Shown piece by piece: positions 37,399 to 48,225 of a stretch of DNA of 48,225 nt. How positions within the stretch are numbered: the stretch's first letter is position 1; every line of letters begins with the position of its first letter. Under the pieces are notes generated by a model that worked only from the letters and a program-made list of their open reading frames with translations, had not been told where the DNA came from and made no database searches. The stretch comes from Asterionella formosa (Eukaryota): positions 1 to 48,225 of the forward strand of contig NKIB01014023.1 of the NCBI GenBank assembly GCA_002256025.1. The letters run 5' to 3'. The position numbers were made by a program, and so were the translations under genes.

Positions 37399-38691
37399 AT
37401 GGATCTGTGTGACAATAACGACAAGGATGGCAAATGTCAATTCTGTGGTAAAGTTCCTTTTAAATCAATTCGTGGTCATCACAGACACAGCCCCTCGTGT
37501 GGGCAACAATATATGATTCAATCTCAGATTCAAGCATCACAGACATCATCAATGGTAGAGTCTTTGCCAAGAGATGGACAACACCAGCCACTCTCAAGAC
37601 CCCCTTGCAAAATTCCTGAAACAATCGCCACCAGCCATTGATATCGTTCAAACAATTTGTTTTGATGCCGATGACTGTGATAATGGTTTATTCCTTGATA
37701 GTTTAGAAGATCATGATGCCGCTGCTATTAATAGTCCAATCATTCAGAACGGAGAAATAAACGACATTGTAAACCCTACCAACTTCCGATTTTGCCAAGA
37801 AGATCCAGGTACAGCCTACACACAAAAGGATGATGTAAAAACGGAGCTACTTAGCATTTTACTTGGTAGTAGGTCACCATTATATTTTTATGACGCAATT
37901 CTTAAATGGCATGTCTCTTCTCAAATGGCAGGAATGACGATTTTAGAAGCTATTCCTCAATGTCGAAACACATATCTGAAAGATCTGTTTACCCGGTTTG
38001 AGATGGAAGAACAAAAGCCATGTGTTAAGGTAGTCACCCTCCGCTGTGGTAGAAGTGTCGACGTTGTTTGCTTTGATTTTCTTGTTGCAATCAAGAGCTT
38101 ACTTTCCAATCCCAGATTTAGCAATGCATCCCAATAATGTTTCATTTGATTTTTCGTACCCCTGCAAGGCTCCACAACCGTCTGATGTCCGTTCAGAATT
38201 ACACACCGGGAGTTGGTGGATTGACTCTTACAACTGCATGTGCATTCAACCCAATGATTTTCTCATCGCTCCCTCTCATGTTTTTCATTGATAGAACACA
38301 TACTTTAGAAAATTCTAAATTCACCATGGAGCCAGTTTTTCTTTCTCTTGGGATTTTCCGTACAACTGTAAGGAACAAAGTCATTGATTGGCGCCACCTT
38401 GGTCTTATACCAAAACTTGATGGTCAGGGTCTTGCAATGAACAAAAATATGACTGCCAACAATAAGTGCAAGGATTATCATACAATTTTGGCAATTATAT
38501 TGTCGGGAGTTCAAGAGACTCAGAAATCTGGTGGCTTCAAGTATAAATTCAATTTCCATGGCAAACAGCATAGCCTGGTTGTAAAGGTTCCGGTCGGGTT
38601 GGTGCTTGGCGATGCGGAAGGATTGGATAATCAGTGTGGGAGGATTAATTATTACCTGAAAACTTTTCGTCTCTGTCGGGAATGTGATTGA
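37399..38691 (+). pseudogene. Frameshifted, C-terminally truncated Plavaka-like transposase
   Basis: N-terminal CQFC..H..C finger; ELLSILLGSRSPLYFYDAILKW, FDFLVAIKSLLSNP, SELHTGSWW, PLMFFIDRTH (D1), MEPVFLSLGIF, WRHLGLIP, YHTILAIIL, LVLGDAEGLDNQCG (D2), RLCRECD. The KFH...E region is absent. Confidence 0.85.
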
Positions 38692-38825
38692 CCTGGGCTT
38701 TAAACAAATTTTGGGGCAACTCAGAAATGATAAGACTACCAATTCACTTATCAAGAACACATTTGGTGGTTCTAAAACTATACTCTGTCGTGATTGCTAT
38801 AGGCAAATGGCAGGCAAGGTAAGCA

Positions 38826-39527
38826 ATGTCATTGATTGCCTACTATGGAGCATTCACTGACAAGATGGTGATCTCGAATACATTACTTTCCAACAACATC
38901 GACATGTTTTGGAAAACTTTGTCTATGGTCATTCCCGGTTCTGTGCTGCAATCACTTGTAAGTGACACAACATATGTCAGGAAGAGTATGCCTCGCACCT
39001 GTACATTGTTGCACACTGCTGTAAATCACTCTAATGTTCCTCAGGAGCCACATTTTGACTATCAGTATTCAGAACTGGTAGTCGATGACTTCGAAAAGTG
39101 CCTTCCTTGGGGATTGGATATGCCTCTAGTAGGTGCTGGTGGTTTCTCTATAAATGTCTGGGATGGCGAGTCTTTTGAGTCTAACCTCATTTTAGATCGA
39201 ACAGTTAAATGTAAAGCGGAATTCAAGCAACATGCCATGGAACATGTCAACCAACATGCGATGCTTCTTTGCATTCCCTTCAAGTACATCTTCTTTATGC
39301 AAGGTGATACGGGCCCGGTTCATGCAGGTGCTATGGATAATCACCTAACCAATGGTGCATTGAGACTTCACATGTATTTGTCGCCTAGTTCCACTCCAAA
39401 GCAAAACTCAGTTGCTATTTGCAAAAGATTCGGAAATGCCATTAACACAAAAGCAAATGGTACAGAGTGTATCCCTCCATCACTAGTTTCGTTTTTGCTT
39501 GATTCCTATGGGGAAAGATGGAAGTAA
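38826..39527 (+). CDS. 2OG-Fe(II) dioxygenase-like protein (HxD...H...R), transposon cargo, 233 aa
   Basis: PQEPHFDY (39051..39059), GDTGPVHAG (His at 39321) and LRLHMYL: the facial triad plus a putative 2OG-binding Arg, in the expected order. The true start may be lost. Confidence 0.7.
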   Translation: MSLIAYYGAFTDKMVISNTLLSNNIDMFWKTLSMVIPGSVLQSLVSDTTYVRKSMPRTCTLLHTAVNHSNVPQEPHFDYQYSELVVDDFEKCLPWGLDMPLVGAGGFSINVWDGESFESNLILDRTVKCKAEFKQHAMEHVNQHAMLLCIPFKYIFFMQGDTGPVHAGAMDNHLTNGALRLHMYLSPSSTPKQNSVAICKRFGNAINTKANGTECIPPSLVSFLLDSYGERWK

Positions 39528-39625
39528 GAATTTTTATTTACTCAGAAATAGTTACTAAGAAAATGGCTATTTTTTCTAATCAAGTACAGCCATTTGCAAA
39601 TAACCGCTGGTGTCGTTTCTTTTGC

Positions 39626-39848
39626 TCCATCGACCAAGTCGGACAGAAGTGCCATGTTTTTGACAAGTCTCTTCGTTCCAACCACTCCTCATATTCGAAA
39701 CCGTTGATTCGTCGTTGTGGCAAGTTTTGTTGCGCAGGAAGTCACAAATAGGCGGGAGACATCCATCGACCAAGTCGGACAGAAGTGTCATGTCAGTTCT
39801 TGTCACGTCTCTTCGTTCCAACTCCTCTTATTCGAAACCGTTTGATTT
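39626..39848. repeat. Direct duplication of ~85 bp, ~138 bp apart
   Basis: TCCATCGACCAAGTCGGACAGAAGTG...TCTCTTCGTTCCAAC...TATTCGAAACCGTT occurs twice. Confidence 0.9.
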
Positions 39849-40069
39849 GGCGGGATACAACCTTCCTCGCTGTTTCCCCATTCCAATGGTACCACCAGAA
39901 TGCAGCAAAGTTTTTTCCCATTCATGATCCTTGGGACTTCGTCATGTTGTGGCGTTCTACCCCCTGCTCCATAACCACTGCCACCCTGTCGCGAGCCGTT
40001 GCAACACACGATAATGGGTGATGCACCAAATTTTTCCGGTAAAATAGATTCCAGCGCTTTGACTTTCAC

Positions 40070-40271
40070 AGCCTCTCTACAGAGCTGCGACAGAAAATAA
40101 TACTAGGGAAAAACATTGTACCACCATAACCGTACATCGCAGCCTCTACAGAGCTGCGACAGAAAAGAATAGTGAAAACATAGTAGTACCACCAGCATAA
40201 CCGTACATCGAAGCCTCTACAGAGCTGCGACAGAAAATAATGAGGAAAAACATAGTACCACCATAACCGTA
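40070..40271. repeat. Minisatellite, ~71-bp unit, 3 copies
   Basis: CTCTACAGAGCTGCGACAGAAAA...CATAACCGTA occurs three times. Confidence 0.95.
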
Positions 40272-40541
40272 GGTGCTACTTAAAGGTGCTGATAAAAGAC
40301 ATAGACGTACTACCTGGTACCGGTAGTAGTAACTCGTCAGCCTGGCTAATTATCACGCCAGTTAAATTCATAAAGCAAAGCAATATTATGATAACTAGGT
40401 ATGCCGTGCATCAACACATCATGAGCATTGATTGTCTCCAATAGTACTTAGAAGTGCTGTCACTAGTAGCAGATCACAATGATTTTGTTGTTTTAACAAA
40501 CTACATCGTGTTAACTTAACTTTTGCCAAGAAACCACCACC

Positions 40542-41663
40542 ATGTGGACTAATCGACACAATTCTGCATCGTTTTCTGATACAGACTTCACACTAGACAA
40601 TCCTGCATCAGGTGGATACGACGATTATCAACTTGAGGAGTATAATGAATCAGAAGAGAGTGTCAAAGGAGATGGGAGGTTGACGGCTGAACAAGAAAGA
40701 GATAAACTCCAAATTCTATTGTCTGAGAGTACACAGGAAATCAAGCGCCTACGTGAATTAGCAGCTGAAAACAACCGTTTAACAATTGGAGTAGTAGGTG
40801 GAATTGGCCGGTGCAAACATTGGACAAACCATCTGGCTAGCTGGGTCAGAGAGGTTTTGTTTCCAAAAGTTAAATTTGTCACAGGTGATTATGATTTGGA
40901 AACTAGGGAACCCGACAGCATTGCTGGTGCTGTTCGTTATCATTTCCCATCACTCAGAAATGGTACCACTGATGAAGAGTTTCAATCATTTTGGTTCTCA
41001 TATAAGTGTGACATCAACAAAATTATGTCTGAAAAAATGAATGCTGTTTCAACATCAATCAGAAAGGGTTTCAAAAGTAAGTTCAAAATGAGGTGTCATG
41101 CTTGCTGTTGGCTTCCTTTTCCAAACAATAACTAATTATAAAAACAGGAATGGTTGAGGATGGAAAGTTACAGTTCCTTTCCCGAAATATGATTGTTCAG
41201 TCCAGGACAGAACCACCAGATGTTGGTAAAGTTGAAGAGAATCCCTTCATTATTCTAGTGAATTACATTTTTTCTTGGGTAGTGAAGTATGGTGATTATA
41301 CTAGCCAAAAACACAAAAAATATGGCCTCCATCAAGACTGTATTGGATAAAGCATATGCTTTGCTCGTCTTAGAAAATAGTTGGGATGTATGGACCCAGA
41401 ACTATACAACTGGGGATACTGGTAATGAAATTGCTGGCAGTGCTGGTGGTTCAGGTGTTTTGGTGAAATACCTCTATACAAACCATGGAGGAGTTGGCAA
41501 ACGGTATGGAGGGTGGGAAACAAAGGGTTATGCAAGGTTCAATACAATTTATGATCAAGTCGAGCACCTACGTGAGTCTGCAAACAGCATTACTTTGGAT
41601 TCTATGTTCATGAATATGCAAAAGAAGGATACAAATGTGACCAAAATGGGAGGTAACAAATGA
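40542..41663 (+). pseudogene. Transposon accessory ORF (EAxxLLVLEN / GW..G..RFN family), one intron (41077..41147), one frameshift near 41320
   Basis: A GTAAGT...CTAAT...AACAG phase-1 intron joins the 40542 ORF to the 41150 ORF in frame. Motifs WVREVLFPKVKFV, AYALLVLENSW and YGGWETKGYARFN are present. Confidence 0.7.
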
Positions 41664-41962
41664 ATTGTTATTATTAATATTAGTATTATTCTCATTTACT
41701 AGCTAACACTACTGTAATCATAATTCTAATGCGGGTAAGTTCTGCTTGCTTATATGCCACCAGTGATTAGGGTACGAAACGACCTGGGGAAGGCAATAAC
41801 TCCAAGTACCACTAGTATCCCTCCCACAGCAGCCTCTTCAATTAGCGATCTTTCGGGCACTTCACCAACAACTGAAAGAAGCAGCACCGCCCCCTTCTAA
41901 GAAATCCAATTCGTGTTGATGGTTCTTTCCCACGGCCACCCAATGTGGCCTCGCTGCCAACA

Positions 41963-42541
41963 ATGGAAGAAAATGTGACACTATTAGAAAATGAACTTAA
42001 TGGAAAGTCAGGAAGTTCTATTAAAAGCTTATCGAATCGCTCACAAAGTTCGACTAAAACACCCACTACTTTGAACCAGGTGCAAGTTAACTGGAAATCA
42101 TCGTTGGACAAGGATTTCATGAATTGTAAGCGTCAAGGAATGGCTATTCTGGTTATGGAAGCCATGACAAAATGTATGGAACAACGTCATTACCTGACAG
42201 TTCCCAAAGAACACCAAGAGATGTTAAAGGCAAACAAAAACTATAAAGCATTCTACCAGATGACTATGGAGGATCTCCATGACAGTGGCATTCCTGAGTA
42301 TAGGCGACTCGATAAAAAAAGATTCAAGAAATACTTCATTGAGTGCTATGCTGAGACATCGGGAACTTTCTCTGCTTTCAATATAGTAAGGGAACAAGCT
42401 TGCCATACTGAGGAGCTGAACAGAAAATATACTGCTGCAAGAGAAGAAAACGTTCATCCACCTTATGAACATTACCTTAATATGGGTAGTAGTGTTCGGA
42501 GAAATATGATGCAGTGTGAAGGAGAAATGGAAGAGATCTAA
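41963..42541 (+). CDS. Hypothetical transposon-borne protein
   Basis: ~190-codon open frame on the same strand as the other cargo ORFs. No domain recognised. Confidence 0.45.
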   Translation: MEENVTLLENELNGKSGSSIKSLSNRSQSSTKTPTTLNQVQVNWKSSLDKDFMNCKRQGMAILVMEAMTKCMEQRHYLTVPKEHQEMLKANKNYKAFYQMTMEDLHDSGIPEYRRLDKKRFKKYFIECYAETSGTFSAFNIVREQACHTEELNRKYTAAREENVHPPYEHYLNMGSSVRRNMMQCEGEMEEI

Positions 42542-43247
42542 CCGTAGCTAACACATATACCTAGCTGTTAGTAAATGATAACTAATTTCGTACCTATGAA
42601 ACAATGCATTTGCAAAGGATGTTATTTCTATATATCTCCAATGTCTGCGCGTCCTGCCAATATCTACTCATTACCTCAATCGTTTCGACTGGTGGCATCG
42701 AGTAAAACATTTGCGAGAATGTATGGATCGATGGGATATTGATCACAAACAGGAAGAAACATAATTTTTCGTGAGCGTTACTCGCTAGTACTATACTAGT
42801 ACATCTAGTAGTTGCTCCTTGCCTGTATTATTCTAGGCAAAAACTGATGAGCTTTCACCTTCTATCACTTAATTGCATCATTGAATGAAAATCAAGGAGT
42901 GTCTACTGTACTGATGTGGTACATATATATATAAAATACATATCATAAAAAGGCACAATGGCTGATAGTCACCCAGCTAGTAGTAGGAGTAACAATATGC
43001 TATTCTAACAATTCACGCATGTAGATACAGAATTTGGACCGGACGTAACATTTAGCGAAATCGCGCCGATGTTTTTATGGTAGAATGTACGTTGTTGTGG
43101 TACAACGAGAGAATCCAGGCCGCGCCAGGAGTTTTGCCACACAGCAGGGTCCACAAACACAAAAATTAGCATGGTGAAAAAGTAATCACCAATCAATGCG
43201 GCAAACAGTCAATCACACCCTAATGGCTCTTCAGCAGCTAGATTAAC

Positions 43248-43872
43248 ATGTTTTTGTTGTGTATCTAAATGCTAGTATGGCTTGTCAGCTCACGCATTGT
43301 TGTTGCCAACAGGGAAAATGAGGTCCAGAATGAAGATTGTTCAGGTAAGATTAACGCTACTGATAACTCACACTGATCTTCCTCTACATTCAATTGACAT
43401 TGCAGCAAACCCTTTCAATTCAGGAGCATTCAGATGAAATCCAGGATTGAGTATTGTTGCTTTCTGATTCTGTGTTAATGTCATATAATAACAGGGCTCC
43501 GTAAAGCATGAGTTGTTAGTGTGCCTTGGCGTGCTGTTTGTCATGCTGCCAGCTGCTGCTGTATTTCTACTGAGTTATTGAACGACTATGCAAATCTTTG
43601 TGTGCCAGCAGCTACCTCGACTCAAATAAAAGAACTCTGCAATACAGTTGAATGGTGAGTGTGTTTTTGTTGTGTACCTAAATGCTAGCATGGCTTGTCA
43701 GCTCACGCATTGTTGTTGACAACAGGGACAATGAGGTCCGCAATGATAGTTTTTCTGGTAAGATTACTGCGCTATTTTGATGGCTATATGAGCAACGCTA
43801 CTGATAACTCACAGTGATTTTCCTCTACATTCAATTGACATTGCAGCAGAACCTTTCACTGCAGGAGCATTC
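43248..43872 (+). repeat. Duplicated ~190-bp module resembling acceptor / micro-exon / intron
   Basis: TGTTTTTGTTGTGTA.CTAAATGCTAG...CTCACGCATTGTTGTTG.CAACAG|GG...|GTAAGATTA...ACATTGCAG at ~43248..43432 and ~43662..43872. Confidence 0.85.
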
Positions 43873-43914
43873 GCATGCCGTTCTGAATGAGCAGGCGTTA
43901 TTTCATTAATGAAA

Positions 43915-44321
43915 CTCGTTAATTTAGTTGAATTACCTACAGTAAAATAGTTGAACAACCTTCAGAAAAATAGTGGAATGGACTTCAGATAATTAGTTGA
44001 ACAACCTTGTGATAATTAGTCTAATGAACTCCAGAAAATTACGTAAACAAATTTTACATATTAAGTGAACTTTATTCTAGAATTATGTGAACGAAATCAT
44101 AAGGCAATGTGAACTAAATTACTGAATTACATGAAGTATTTCAAATAATTATGTGAAGTTGATGACGCAATATAGTGATGATCAGGAATGCATGCATGAT
44201 ACCTTGATCAAATATTTAATGTGATGTATTAAGATAATATATAGATATATTCAACTGCGTATTTTGATGTATTCAACTAACTCATGTGATGCATTCAAAA
44301 TCAACTAGGCTTATTTATGTG
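43915..44321. mobile_element. Probable right end of the right Plavaka-like element, with subterminal short repeats
   Basis: Repeated TAGTTGAA and ATTA(C/T)GTGAA-like motifs; homologous to 9977..10403; inverted copies of the motifs at ~36805..36950. Confidence 0.6.
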
Positions 44322-44346
44322 ATGGTCACTTCACGTAATACGCGGC

Positions 44347-45440
44347 TTAGTAGATGTACCTCGACTTCATCAATGTAGAAGTCGATGGGTGGAGCATGTT
44401 AGGAAAATCGGGGTTGAGGTTCTCTAGACGCCAACGTGCTTGGCTGAACTTGCAGATGAAGTGCATTGAGTAACCTGGGCCTGGTGTGCAGCCAAAGGAT
44501 AAAGAAAAATCTATGACAAGGGTGGTGAGATAGTGTTTAGGAGCAAAGTTATCATAGCTGAACGCATTCGAAAATTCGTATAGACAATAAATGGTGGCAT
44601 ACCATGGTTGCTCTTGGCTGACAGTTGCCAAGAAGTCAATGTACAAACATAACAAGGGTGCACAAAAGACAGTCCAATTTTAATCGACTGGCTGACACAT
44701 AGTTTTCAGTCTCACCATTCTGCAATGGGGTAGACTTTGATCATTGCTTTGTTCGAAGCACAATCAATTCGAATGCTGTCCAGTGAAACAATGAAAACAA
44801 TTGTGGCGAAAAAGCGCAGAACAGATCAATAGATTTCATAGGAATTAAAATAACAAGGCATATATGATGCACTGCTCCTTTTGTAGACTATATTTCATCA
44901 TTTCCATTTTTCATATCATACAGGTGCATGGATGACTCCTCCCACCCTTTCATTAGATATGCAGCCATGTTGCGATAATTCTACATGACCTATAGGATTG
45001 GTAGTCTGGCTGGTGGTCATCATTTCCGCATTCTATATACCAGTAGAAGTCATGTGTGCATGCATGCTGCGATAAATCGTACAAGACATAAAAATTTGCA
45101 TCTATTTTGATCTTCATGAAACCCCGCAGATATAGAGCAATCCTCCTCCAAAAAGTCGACCCGGTCGACTTTTTCAATAGTCGCCAAAATATTGCAATCG
45201 GAATTTGTATGTGCAACAATGTTCTCGAACACTTAGCGTCTTGAGTTGGTATGTTTTGCTGAATAATTCTCAGTCCGAAAAGACTCCAGGGTAAGGTGCC
45301 GCATCACTAAGACATATTCTGATTGGTTGCATCGAATTTACTCACCTGCTCCAGATTGGCTGAAGTATTCCGGTCTTGTAAAATCACCACGCCAGTCAAA
45401 CTTGAAACACACGTCGTATTAGATGTCCTGTGTACCGGTA
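44347..45440 (-). pseudogene. Fragmented ORF, possibly a glycosyltransferase-like pseudogene
   Basis: Several same-strand fragments with HDFYWYIECGNDD and GPGYSM. Weak resemblance only. Confidence 0.2.
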
Positions 45441-45587
45441 GGTATTATCAGTACTTTCGGTAGTTTCATCCTGTCTTCCATCATCATGAACCAAGATTAT
45501 GTACTACCTGGTACCCGGTACCGGTATACTAGTACTCTGGTACTCCGGTACTGATTTTTCACAGAGAATATGAATCAGTCCTCTGAT

Positions 45588-45682
45588 CCAGCAAGTTGCG
45601 GTCATTTTGCTTAAATAAACATTTTAATTTGGGATAAAGATAGCTAAATGTTTAGTTCAGCAAAATTACCGCAACGTGCAGG
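45588..45682. mobile_element. 95-bp MITE/hairpin with 37-bp TIRs
   Basis: 45588..45624 matches the reverse complement of 45646..45682 at 32/37. The same TIR occurs at 29590. Confidence 0.8.
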
Positions 45683-46439
45683 TGTTGGAGTGGTAGGGTG
45701 TGGTGGGGAGGCGTTGGGTCTGGTACTGAGACATAAATTGTGCCCACAAAAGAAAACAATTTTCGCACAAAAGTGTCCGAAAATGCACAAACCGTCAGTC
45801 AGGGGAATTCATGACTTTTCACACAATGAGAATTTTCTAGTATTAGAAGGCAAAATGATCTAATCAAGATTCCATACATATTTGAACCATGACAATTAGT
45901 GTGTACATGAAACTCATTACAAAATTGTAAATTGAGGTATTTTCTTGCATTTTGAGATGTTGCAGCGCCCTCTCCAAGCTTTCTATCGCTCAAGTTTTTT
46001 CATCTTTTTTGTAAAGAAGATAGAATTAATTATCTAAGAGAAGTTATCAAGCTAGTCACCGCAAAATCAACGATGTCTCGTTTTCAATTGTGGTATAGCT
46101 ATGGTGGTGACTCAAATAATACCTGCTCCTGTTGAGACATCTTCACAATTTGGCACAGCCATGCAACAATGAAGAATTTTGTGGTTAATGTTTCAGGCCA
46201 CTTTGTAAGTCAGTCGACATGGAAGCAGTCAATGACAAATTCAATACATCACATGAATGACATGAGAATTGAATTTACTCTAACTTTGAGATTTTGTCCT
46301 GTTAGGGTTTGAAAATTCGCATTGAATAGAACAATATTCAGCAAGCCACCAAAAGGATGCTAAGCTGTTTTGCTTCTTTCTTTACAACCAGGATGCAATG
46401 GAAGCATTCAAGTCACATGGCACCCAGAATATTAAAGAT

Positions 46440-47242
46440 TTGCGGGTTGAATAAATGCATGAGTTTATTGAGGATTAAATTGTCCCAGATGTAGTTTCAA
46501 GGCTTAAGATTGAAGTTGTTAATGGGGCAACTACAACTTTGACAAGTTAAGGTATGGCTGCCTTTTTTATCATCATATGGTCTTCCAACTCTTAGCATTA
46601 CTGCTATATCTTGATGGATGCATGATGTTGGATTTAGCTACCAAAAACTTGCGAAGCATTACTTTATGGATGGTCATGAGAGACCTGAAACAATAGCATA
46701 CAAGCCTATCTTTACAAACAAATACCTTTCCCTTGATGGATTCAAATTACAGAGGTAGATTCTAAGCCGTAAGAAGCAATGGTAATATTGCAGAGAATTG
46801 TGGCTTTTACTATACCACTGATGATGGCGTTGAGATGGTTGAGTAACAAATTGGTGCAAGCTACAAGTTTAAAGACAAGATCGATGAGCTCCTATTTGGA
46901 GGCAACCTAAGTGGTGTGAAGAAAGATTAGGAATTTAGACCTCTATATTAGCTAATGTTTATTGGACCACAAGAGGATGAGGCTATATATAAACAGTTTC
47001 TATTTTTATACAAGACATGGGTTGGTCCTAAAGGAGAGCAGCCACTACTTCCAAAGGATGAAGGTACAGGCTTAATGACTTCTGCATTTGTCTGCTGTGC
47101 TGGTGAGCATGGGCTACTCCAACAGATACCAATGAATTTCCTTGCTGAAATAAACCTCTGTTGCCTTGGGAAGAACTATGCAGACAAGGAAGCCTTCGAC
47201 TTAGACTACAAGTTTGTTTGGAGTGTGATGAATGATGGTTGA
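46440..47242 (+). pseudogene. Degenerate Tc1/mariner/IS630-like transposase
   Basis: YFMDGHERPETIAY, QEDEAIYKQF, WVGPKGEQPLLPKDEGTGLMTSAF, with multiple stops and frameshifts. Confidence 0.7.
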
Positions 47243-48044
47243 TGGTGTTGAGTTTCCTGTTGCATCAATCCCTCTACCAACTTCATAGCTGAATATCGTA
47301 ACAAAGAAATTTCGTTTATGCCAAAAAAACGCATGCTAGATCTACAATGCCTACTATCCAATCGAGACCAAGGGAGCACCCAGCCATATAGTTGAACAGC
47401 AGAGGGGAAATCAAACCATGGATGCTGACACAACCGAAGTACTTAACTTATGACCATGCCGAACAATTTACGTGGTCTTACATACTAGTCAGTGATGTAG
47501 GAGTACATACTGGTATTCATTTAACTCTTGAAATAAACAGCATATACATGCATGAGTATACGCGAATCCTTTCCTGCGTCCAGGTCTTGTAAACATCAAT
47601 TAGAATGCTTCCTGGTACCTGGTGACCATGGTACCAGGTACAAGACCTGATGGTGCAAGGTTCGAGGTACTCCTACATAAGCTCCATAAGCATAACCAGT
47701 ATCATCCTCCCATTTCACAGCACTAACAAAACGGGTTACCGGTACTCAAAGTACCATCCAAGTACATAGAAAATCGAAGCAGAAAGTCATACTATATACA
47801 CCAGTATATTTATTTTAGATGAAGAATGCGTTGGTTGCAATGTATTATATGTACCTGTATGTATAACAAGAAAAATCAGCAGCAGCCATCGTTATTTTAT
47901 GTTGCTGCCGCACAGATGTTAATGCAATAAAAGAACTCATTTGTTTCAAATTCGAATCACATACTTCAATCTTTCGACACTTAATTGATCATTGTGCTTT
48001 CCACTCGAGACATCCAGGCATCCTAATCAGTTTAGAGTTTCATA

Positions 48045-48225
48045 ATGACAAATACGAGACAGGTAGCTTCACAACAGCAGTTAGTGTCACTAGAACAACA
48101 GCATCAGCAGAATCCAATCCAACGATTTCTGACCAATCGAGCGTCGATGAAGCTGGCACGGAGCAATGCTACCACGATGTCGACGAGATCATCATCTGTT
48201 GGCTCTTTCGTCTTGGAGGAAACGG
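48045..48225 (+). CDS. 5' part of a probable host gene, truncated by the window edge
   Basis: ATG at 48045 with the frame open to the end (MTNTRQVASQQQLVSLEQQHQQ...); gene-like composition. Confidence 0.45.
   Translation, partial: MTNTRQVASQQQLVSLEQQHQQNPIQRFLTNRASMKLARSNATTMSTRSSSVGSFVLEET

Noticed and set aside
38761..38800. Second LCRDC motif as a duplicated Cys insert in the right-hand transposase
   Set aside because: Only five residues are similar, and it may belong to the dioxygenase N-terminus.

Overview
Eukaryotic genomic DNA, most likely a diatom or other stramenopile. This is inferred from the GT-AG introns, LPLH-type ankyrin-like repeats, a CPF1-type cryptochrome and a CoDi-like Copia. 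A central host-gene island (~12.2-32.5 kb) holds an intron-containing ankyrin-like/coiled-coil protein, an oxidoreductase-SelD fusion, a coiled-coil hypothetical protein, an ankyrin + DEDDy 3'-5' exonuclease and a (6-4) photolyase/cryptochrome. Nested, decayed transposons flank it on both sides. The main result is two divergent, large Plavaka-like (CMC/EnSpm-related) DNA transposon relics, one at ~0.2-10 kb (transposase on -) and one at ~36.8-44.3 kb (transposase on +). Both appear to carry the same cargo: a 2OG-Fe(II) dioxygenase-like ORF and an 'EAxxLLVLEN' accessory ORF. In the left element, the Cys-rich segment next to the second catalytic Asp is tandemly amplified about 3.5 times (198-bp unit). 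Also present are a Copia relic cut by a DNA-transposon end, Tc1/mariner-like relics, a 95-bp MITE, several minisatellites and many short palindromic micro-insertions. All family assignments come from motif recognition by eye; no database searches were run.
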